A DNA stretch of 52,724 bases, the filler included, from Mitosporidium daphniae (lineage: Eukaryota), in the NCBI RefSeq assembly GCF_000760515.2. It is 19 parts of 19 records of this genome, joined end to end, with 100 filler letters (N's around TTAATTAATTAA, not from the genome) between each part and the next. Parts side by side here need not be neighbours in the genome. Positions count along the whole stretch, not along the records: positions 20,950 to 52,724 come from NW_013546256.1; 18 more parts are not named here. One strand, written 5' to 3'. The notes below the pieces were generated by a model. It was not told the DNA's origin. It worked only from the letters and a program-made list of their open reading frames with translations, and made no database searches. Both the position numbers and the translations under genes were made by a program. Positions 45,351 through 52,724 of this stretch are shown piece by piece (the first letter of the stretch is position 1; each line of letters opens with the position of its first letter).

Positions 45351-45737
45351 TTAAAACATCAAAAATAGAATATGCAACAGCGTAATTATAAAAAGAATGG
45401 CGGTTGTGCTATATTTTGAGAAAAATATAAACATCGCACCCAATATGGGGCCAAAGAAATAAAGGGTCGCCTGCCACACAGACGATATTTCCATTGGCTT
45501 ATTTTGTTCTAACAATTCGAGAATTGGATTTTCAGGTAACGATGTTTGTTGCAGAATACTGGTGCCATTCATATCCAGGTGTCTTTTATCTATCCCTAGT
45601 GCAGTCTCCATGCTTCGCTCCAATGTCACGTCGTGACTAAGTCGATGGAATATTGATAGGAGTGCAATGAGCGCGACCAGCACAATACAGATGATGGGAA
45701 TTAATGCGACAACAAACCGGCGAAGTAATTGAGGCAT
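45351..45737 (-). CDS. Small membrane protein of unknown function
   Basis: One N-terminal and two C-terminal hydrophobic segments. Confidence 0.55.
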   Translation of the reverse strand: MPQLLRRFVVALIPIICIVLVALIALLSIFHRLSHDVTLERSMETALGIDKRHLDMNGTSILQQTSLPENPILELLEQNKPMEISSVWQATLYFFGPILGAMFIFFSKYSTTAILFIITLLHILFLMF

Positions 45738-45925
45738 TAATAAGGCCACTTGGCTCGAGATTTCGATTATGCTTGATTAATGCACCACTGACTCACAATG
45801 ACAACGTCACGCTAGCAGTTACAAATAATGTGAAATTTAAATTAATTTAATTATAACCACGGATCAAATGCTGATAACATGGCATTATATTGGTCAGGAG
45901 GGCTAATTCTTACGGTTATTTATAA

Positions 45926-47587
45926 TTATGAGCTTGATTTGGATTGGGAAGGCGTAGATGTGGATGTCGGTGTAGATGTGGATGTAGACGTGGCTGTAGA
46001 GGGCCATGAATCCTCGGAATAGGCGATTTCCGAATTTAAAAAAGACGTCAAGTCAAAATCGGGGTCAAGCGGGTTTTCAGCATCCACCAAGTTCTCTAAA
46101 TCGCTTGGATCTGTTTCAGCATTGTTGGCTCCAAACTGAGATTGAAGATACGATGAGCATGGCGAATAGAAATTCCTAGACGCGGTGGACTTTGAGTCCT
46201 GGATCAGTTCCAGCGGAGTGGTGGTTAAAATGTCTCGATTGCTCTTTGTGCTGCTAACATCGGCCTCTAAAGAGCTATTTTCTCCTCCATTTGTCAGCAG
46301 TTTCTGCCGCTTAGTGTATTGCCGATCCGTGTGCATGCCTGTTGCTGCAGGGGATGGCGAGGGAAATGAATATGTGGATGCAGAAGATAGCCATTGGTCG
46401 TTTAGTTCTTTTTCGGGCCCACCAATTTTCTTATCAAACTCCCTTCTAGTGTCCGTACTTGTCGAGGATGCAGTGGCATTGGTCGATATCGAAGTCGGTT
46501 GAAGATGATTTAGCGTGTGAAACAGCGATGCGATTCCCTCCTTGAGTTTCTTGTCGCCCGAGGTAAAAACGGAGGCCAAAAACCGCAATATCTTTTCTAT
46601 AAGCTCCTGTTGGGAATTGCAGCGATCCTGGCATTTGATGGAGTCTCGCCAGAGCAGACTTTGGTCAATTTCTAGATGAGACAGCTTTTCAAGTATTTGC
46701 TTCTGCTGTGTCTTTATGGTGGTCAATTCAGAAAAAATAGCAGCAAAATTACATTCCTGCGCTCCTTCCGGTTTGATTTGAGCATCTTTCAGAGGTGCCG
46801 CGCCAATGCTCAGCGGTTGTGTTGCGTTGGAAATCTGGGCCGCCGTATTTGTAGCCGCAGAGGCTGCAGCAGTATAGGCGAGATATTCCAACAGTCTATT
46901 TGATATGTCTGAGGTTGAAAATAAATTGTAAAAGTTTGAGGGAACAGCTGGGTTGGGATTGTTTATAATTGGGCCCGCAAAGGCCCCGTCTGATATGGGC
47001 TTTGATAGCGCATTTGATGTCGACGATGGGGACATGCTATTGCTATTATTGTGATTGGGCTGCTGGATTTTCCGACGGACGTTCAACAGCAGGTTCATTT
47101 GGTTGCGACGGAAGTTTTCGTGTGAAAATTCCCAGGAGCTTGTGTATGAGGAAGACGACGAAGAGCTAGTCAAATATGTTGACGAAGAAAGCGATAATGA
47201 GCGAGAAAAAATATCGCCACTTGGCCCTACCGGATTATCAAATGACGATATTTGATTGACGGTGAAATGCGGCACCTTGTGAAACCCATACATATTCAAC
47301 TGGCGCACAAAGGAGCTAAAGTTATTGTGTTTGAAAAAGCGAGGAAGAATTTCGCGCGCAAACTCTTCTGGATAAAAGACGATGAAGGTGGTCCCATCAG
47401 ATCCCCATCGAATATAGGCATTGGTGGACACATCATCAACCATCAGATATAGCTTTTTAACAAAGGTAGCCGGATGCACCTGCTTTCCCGCCGATGTTGA
47501 GGATGCTGATGGCGACAGCGACTGTGGTGAAACCGAGAACAATGATGAATTGGAGAGGGATGATGTTGCATTAAAATCGGAAGGCAT
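45926..47587 (-). CDS. Heat shock factor (HSF-type DNA-binding domain plus coiled coil)
   Basis: FVKKLYLMV, LPRFFKHNNFSSFVRQLNMYGFHKV, WEFSHENF, QQELIEKILRFLASVF. Confidence 0.95.
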   Translation of the reverse strand: MPSDFNATSSLSNSSLFSVSPQSLSPSASSTSAGKQVHPATFVKKLYLMVDDVSTNAYIRWGSDGTTFIVFYPEEFAREILPRFFKHNNFSSFVRQLNMYGFHKVPHFTVNQISSFDNPVGPSGDIFSRSLSLSSSTYLTSSSSSSSYTSSWEFSHENFRRNQMNLLLNVRRKIQQPNHNNSNSMSPSSTSNALSKPISDGAFAGPIINNPNPAVPSNFYNLFSTSDISNRLLEYLAYTAAASAATNTAAQISNATQPLSIGAAPLKDAQIKPEGAQECNFAAIFSELTTIKTQQKQILEKLSHLEIDQSLLWRDSIKCQDRCNSQQELIEKILRFLASVFTSGDKKLKEGIASLFHTLNHLQPTSISTNATASSTSTDTRREFDKKIGGPEKELNDQWLSSASTYSFPSPSPAATGMHTDRQYTKRQKLLTNGGENSSLEADVSSTKSNRDILTTTPLELIQDSKSTASRNFYSPCSSYLQSQFGANNAETDPSDLENLVDAENPLDPDFDLTSFLNSEIAYSEDSWPSTATSTSTSTPTSTSTPSQSKSSS

Positions 47588-47784
47588 CCAATTAGGAGCA
47601 AGCTAGAGGAATATAAAAGTAATTTAAAAAATTGCAAATTCAACTTTTGGCGGCCAGCCATTCGATTTGCTCTATTTGATGGCAAATGAATGGGCCACAT
47701 ATTTGCCGTGTGCGTGGTTTGGCGATGCGGGACACGCGCTGTAAAAGTTGCCTGAATATACGGGCCAAAATTTACGATTCCTGG

Positions 47785-48597
47785 TTACCAGTTTTTATTT
47801 ACAAATTTGGTTGTTGATGTTAGATTTCCGATTTTTGACCGCGTCCGATCTGCTTTATCACTCATCGAGTCGATAAGAATGTTGGACTCCAATATCTCGT
47901 TCCGAATCATGATGCTTAGCTCCTTTTGTTTCCGGACCTGAAGGGCCAACGCCTCGATTTTGCGGTCTTGCTTTTCTATTTCGCTCTGGAATATTAGTTT
48001 GAAATGGCCCCGATTACCATTATTTTCTCTCCAGTAGCTGTTTTCTGGTGAGCTTGCTCATCTTGGGCGTCCTTGATGGATGCGGTGNCCGCATTTGGCT
48101 CTGCTTTTTTCTGTCCCGCCATTGACACCGGTGATTTTTGGTCTATCATCTGGGAAAACCTGAAAAACAGAAAAGTAGAGCGTTACCTTGACTTTGCCAA
48201 TCGCGAGTCAAAATACACTTCAAGGGCTATTTTGGAGTACTCCCTTCGCTCAATAAAGTCAAGGTTCTGGCAAATCGATTGCAAGGATTGCTTGATGTAC
48301 ATGGCCAGCGTCAGCGGTCTAAAAGTGACGTGTATGCCGTGCAGGGTGTACATTGAATCAAGCAGCTTAAAGTTGGGCGGTTTCAGCTCAATGAATAGCG
48401 TTTGCAGTTTCGTTTTTAACAGCTGCGTTTTCAAAGACAGACATTCCTCCAGCATCGCATGTATGTTTTCCTCGGACAGAAGCATCTTTTCTAAAATCAA
48501 CATATCTAAATGCGATACCTTTGTGTAAATAAAAAATGTCGTTTACCAGATCCTTGGCCTCATCAATTTTATTCAAGATGGCTTCGTGCATTGTCAT
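47785..48597 (-). CDS. Soluble Q-SNARE-like protein (C-terminal Qc-type motif, no TM), multi-exon
   Basis: QDRKIEALALQVRKQKELSIMIRNEILESNILIDSMSDKADRTRSKI...KNW*. Exon joins not fully resolved. Confidence 0.55.
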
Positions 48598-48636
48598 GTT
48601 GCGCGTGATAAAATCAAAACACCAATTTTTATTTTA

Positions 48637-49603
48637 ATGCTGCATCTGGATCTTGATTTTAACTTTCCATGGGTGCACTTGGCAGTTTGTGTTTTTGTAT
48701 TGATTTGTTCTTTTGCATTGCTTAAATTGTTCGCGCCACCAAAAAGGCCATGCTGGCAGAAATTTATCCTAAAATCGACACGTGCCATCAATCACAATAC
48801 AAACATGTGGGTGTTGCTTTTGCTAAATTGCAGATACGAATTTCAAATTGCAGGTCCACACAAGGTCAACGCACTCAAGCCTGGGCAGGTAGGATTGCCT
48901 TTTGCCCATTTAAGCATATCTCTATTCGGGCAGAAATCAACGGAAAGGCGGTTCAAAGGAACTACACCCCCCTAACCATCGACTATTCAAATGGAACCAT
49001 GCAGCTTCTTATCAAGGAATATTTACTTTTCTTATTCCCGAGTAGACTTACCACACAGGTGTGCTTTCAAAGTATCTCAGTGGCCTACAACTAGGCAATA
49101 GCGTGGAGGTTTCAGAGCCCAAAGGAAGATACATTTACGTCGCCAACTCCTACAAGGAGATTGGTATGGTTGCTGGGGGGTCCGGGCTTACTCCAATGTT
49201 GCAGGTAAAAAGCGGGCAAATTTAGCGTTAGATCATCGACTTTATCATGAAAAATCCACGCGACTCTACCGTGGTAAAGCTGGTATTTGCAAACAAAACA
49301 AAAAAAGACATGCTGCTGTTTGATGTACTCGAGGAGCTGCAAAAAACACACAAACACCGGTTTTCAATACACTGGGTCGTTGAGGAGCCTGATTCTTCTC
49401 TAAAAATCCCAAATTCAAGCTTTGGATACGTCACTGACGCTCTGATTAGAGATTTCCTCCCAAAGCCTTGTAATAGCGCCAAGCTCTTGTTGTGTGGACC
49501 AGCTCCGATGATATCTCACATCTTAAAGGAAAGCTCAAGCGCAGGCTGGCCCGCCTCTTCATCTTCGATTTTGAAACCCTGTGGGCCTGTTTTTGTTTTT
49601 TAA
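48637..49603 (+). CDS. NADH-cytochrome b5 reductase family, multi-exon
   Basis: N-terminal TM, PGQHISIRA, RNYTP, GMVAGGSGLTPMLQ, LLCGPAPM, VFVF terminus. Confidence 0.95.
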
Positions 49604-49657
49604 CATTAAAGCGGATGTACTCACCAATCGGTCCTACGATTCTAAAGTAATGCCAAA

Positions 49658-50574
49658 TTAAGGATTTGCATCTTTAATGGTCAACGGGAGCGCTGTCGAT
49701 GTGCCGCTGTTTTGATATAAATTGTGCTCCATAATGTAGCTGATCACAGAGTCTGGGAGCAAGTATTTGATTGACATTCCTCGCTTTATAAAGAGCCTGA
49801 TTTTGGTTGAATTTATGTCGTTATAAATATACTGCTTTGCGATCAGTACATTATCCTACCAAAATTAGCAGTGTTGACAGCACCTTGTTTTTATACAGGA
49901 TATCGTGCGACAGCAGAAACGCCTTGACATCTACACATGTCCTTTCAACGATCATGCACCCGTAAGTTCCGACAATTTTCTCCAGCTAAATCCGTAAGTC
50001 AAACACAAGATGCTTACATCTTCCGAGGACCAAAGATTGGGGGTTCCAAAACTTTCGATTAAATCTCCTCCGGCCAGTAACATTATTCTGATCTTTGGGT
50101 AAGAAGCCAGCTCTGCAGGCCTGTTCTTATTGAGGAAATAATCAAAATGATCTAAAACAATGCTGGTCCGAACCCATGATGGCTGAAGAACTTCCCAAGG
50201 ATCCACCATAATCCAGGTGGAATCCTTCATTGCCAAGCGGCACATTTCTACACGATGCTTTCCCGGAGCCAATCCAACCTTCCCATACGCATCGTTTGTC
50301 GGCGAAAAGTAACCGCCAATGCAGTAATATCGATGAGAATCATTCATCCGATCCATGGCCATTTCTATGTTTGTGAGTCTTCATAACATACCAAACATCC
50401 GCAAGTGCAGATATGTGATTGGGGAGAAAGACCCGCAAGCCACAAGCACAACAGGCGTCATGGCCATATCTGCAATAAGAAAAGACCAAATCTACTCGAT
50501 TTAATTCCCAGCAGCTTGTCTGTTGGGAACGAAAACTCTTTTGAAAAGTACTGGGACAATGCAGCATCCCCCAT
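49658..50574 (-). CDS. NMNAT: Nicotinamide mononucleotide adenylyltransferase, multi-exon
   Basis: VACGSFSPITYLHLRMF, WIMVDPWE, LLAGGDLIESF, NDINSTKIR, SIKYLLP. Confidence 0.96.
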
Positions 50575-50664
50575 CAAGACACTGACCAAATGGGAAGAAT
50601 TTACAACATTTTACAATATCGAAGACCTGGGTCAATTAAATTTTAAATAATTTTAGGTGTGTTA

Positions 50665-51080
50665 TTAAATGGAATCGTTGGACAGGTCCAATTTAACCTG
50701 CTCTCCAGGCCTAAATGCTGGAAGCCCCAGGTAAGGGCAAGAGGAACATCTAAATGCATCTCCAAGATAGCACTAAAAATTAGCTAACCCATATGTACAG
50801 ATCCACATCCGCCCTTTGGAACCTCAACGCTAGGTGTGCTTCTAATTTCGGATGAAATCTCCTCTGCTAATCCACAAGTACAATTTTTACAAGCTTTCTT
50901 CCGCGCAGACACATTTGAGGGTGAACATTCATCTCCTAAAGCGGTATTCTTTGTGTTCTGATCGGGTAAAATAAGCTCCGACTCTGTAAACCTCACCGCT
51001 TGCGGATTTTCATCTTCAACAGCCTTTTTCCATGAAAAGGGTAGCGGAACCTTGGTTCCAATCGGTATATTCAAGTCCAT
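50665..51080 (-). CDS. DRE2: Short Dre2/anamorsin (CIAPIN1 Fe-S domain only)
   Basis: C...[11 protein letters not shown] and [25 protein letters not shown]. Intron 50773-50798; about 129 aa. Confidence 0.93.
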
Positions 51081-51102
51081 AAAAAATTAAATTTTATTAA
51101 AA

Positions 51103-51960
51103 TTAAGCCAATTTAATTTCATTTTTCTTTTGCATGACAAGTTTGTCGATTTTTTCGATGAATTTATCGTGTGCTTTTTGAATATCCTTCTCTAGCCGCT
51201 TTATTTCCTCCTTTGACACAAAATCGCAGCTAGATAAAGCAGTTCTTCTGCAAGTGCGTATTTTCATTTTGCATCTTTCTCCAATAGCGCTAGCCTGCTT
51301 TGAGAGAATAGCTTTAGAGGTATCATCCAGCTTGGGAATAGGAACCAGAAGGGTAATCGGATCTTTTACATGTACAACAAAAGGTGGATCAACCGCATTT
51401 AAAGCTTTTACGACATCCTTAGAAAACTACGGATAAGCAATAAAGTTTACCGATTCATCATATAGTCTAATCTGCAGGGTAAACCCATCTTTCGCTGCAA
51501 TTTGGGCAATACTTTTCAATGGGAGACTTTATAGGTTCTGATTTATCGAGACCTCCTCCAACATCGCTATACATTATTTGGTACAAGTACCTGGCGTTGC
51601 TCTACCAGTTCTTATTCGGCCCAATTCGGCACTTAGATGAGTGATGCAACACTCAAATAACTCATTGAGATGAGAGGAATTGAAGTTATCCACACCCTTT
51701 CCCAATGGATCCTTTAAGAAAGCCAATTTCTTCAATGAAAGATTCCTGCCTGAAAAGCTTGATGATGCATCGCCCTCAAGTTCATAGCCATCGGAGTCCC
51801 CATATTCAAGATTCTCACCGTCATCATTGGAGGTACTTTTTATTTTTTCTTTTATATTTTTAATTTTCGAATAATTTTGGCACGAATCCAACATTAAATG
51901 AACCCTTGTGCATCTTCTAGTAAGGTTCCTGCCAAGTGACAAGCAGGAGAGTGGTTGCAT
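51103..51960 (-). CDS. Mitochondrial ribosome recycling factor, multi-exon
   Basis: Basic presequence, ELGRIRTGRATP, LKSIAQI, C-terminal KDIQKAHDKFIEKIDKL. Confidence 0.88.
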
Positions 51961-52013
51961 AAATTAATTAATTAATTATTTATTTATTTCTAAGCAAATT
52001 TTAAACCCAACTT

Positions 52014-52724
52014 TTAACTCTCGAAATCTTTAAGAAATTGTTTCCGCAAGAAATCCAAAAGAGAGTCTGTGTAGTTAATATTGTATATAATCCATTTTTG
52101 ATCTTCCGTTAGCAGGGGAAATAATTTTGACGAATTTGACCGAAGATCCAAAACAGTGGGATCCTCCTCTAGCTTTAAAATCGATTTTAGCAACGCTAAA
52201 ATGTGCTCCACATCGCGGTTAAATTTTTGTGCTTGCAAGATGTCGATTGGAGAGCCGATTTTCGCGGAAATCGCTTCACGTAAAAGCACATAGGAAGGGA
52301 TGCATTCGTTCACAAACCTTGGGATTGATTGGAGCTTTCTTATGATGTTTTTGAATTCAAATATAACATGTTGGTTGAACCAACCTTGAAAATCGTGCTC
52401 CGCAACAACCTTTTGCAAATACAGCTGAAGGGCTTGCCAATCATGGAAATATATCATCGATGAGATCAAATTGGTACAAATATCCTCATCAAGAAGTAGG
52501 TTTTGGATCTCGTTCGAAGGGGAGGAGTTTAAAAGATAATATAGAGCAAGTCCCCTCACATGTTTGGATGTCTCAGTGGACAATGAGTACGATTTCAAGC
52601 AAAGCAACTTTATAATACTGAGGAGGCTTTGGAGAGACTCTGGATCAACACCACCATCCGGTTGCTGAGTTAGGATTTTGAAACAGGGGGAAGTAGATTC
52701 GATTTTTTTTAAACTCCTCCCCTT
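52014..52724 (-). CDS. 3' part of an unknown helical protein (weak Nup96-like resemblance)
   Basis: At least 197 open codons, extending toward the window edge. Confidence 0.55.
   Translation of the reverse strand, partial: KGRSLKKIESTSPCFKILTQQPDGGVDPESLQSLLSIIKLLCLKSYSLSTETSKHVRGLALYYLLNSSPSNEIQNLLLDEDICTNLISSMIYFHDWQALQLYLQKVVAEHDFQGWFNQHVIFEFKNIIRKLQSIPRFVNECIPSYVLLREAISAKIGSPIDILQAQKFNRDVEHILALLKSILKLEEDPTVLDLRSNSSKLFPLLTEDQKWIIYNINYTDSLLDFLRKQFLKDFES

Overview
The window has two parts. Bases 1-20949 are not a real locus. They are 18 unrelated ~1 kb contigs in decreasing size order (1121 down to 1003 bp), joined by an artificial 100-bp linker (44 N + TTAATTAATTAA + 44 N). They hold gene fragments (cullin-2-like, cyclin A-like, CCDC25, cactin), two pairs of dispersed paralogues, a nested foldback element, and two tRNA clusters with animal-type sequences that are probably host DNA. 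Bases 20950-52724 are one continuous, very gene-dense eukaryotic contig with about 23 genes, mostly 23-34 nt introns and intergenic gaps down to 14 bp. Genes include NSUN6-like methyltransferase, G-alpha, cis-prenyltransferase, ThrE/Prm10, SF3A3, DBT E2, mL44, DHHC, CNBP/Gis2, SOD, TAF6, B56-like, eL27, TRM5, subtilisin, HSF, a soluble SNARE, cytochrome b5 reductase, NMNAT, short Dre2 and mitochondrial RRF. Compaction, retained mitochondrial translation genes and arthropod-like tRNAs suggest an early-diverging microsporidian/Rozellomycota parasite such as Mitosporidium daphniae (inference). I see no multi-gene novel system. The best leads are a bacterial-type SOD with spliceosomal introns, an apparent GA-AG intron, the foldback element, animal-type cell-cycle components, and extreme compaction including a convergent CDS overlap. 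All protein and tRNA identifications are from recalled motifs, not database searches.
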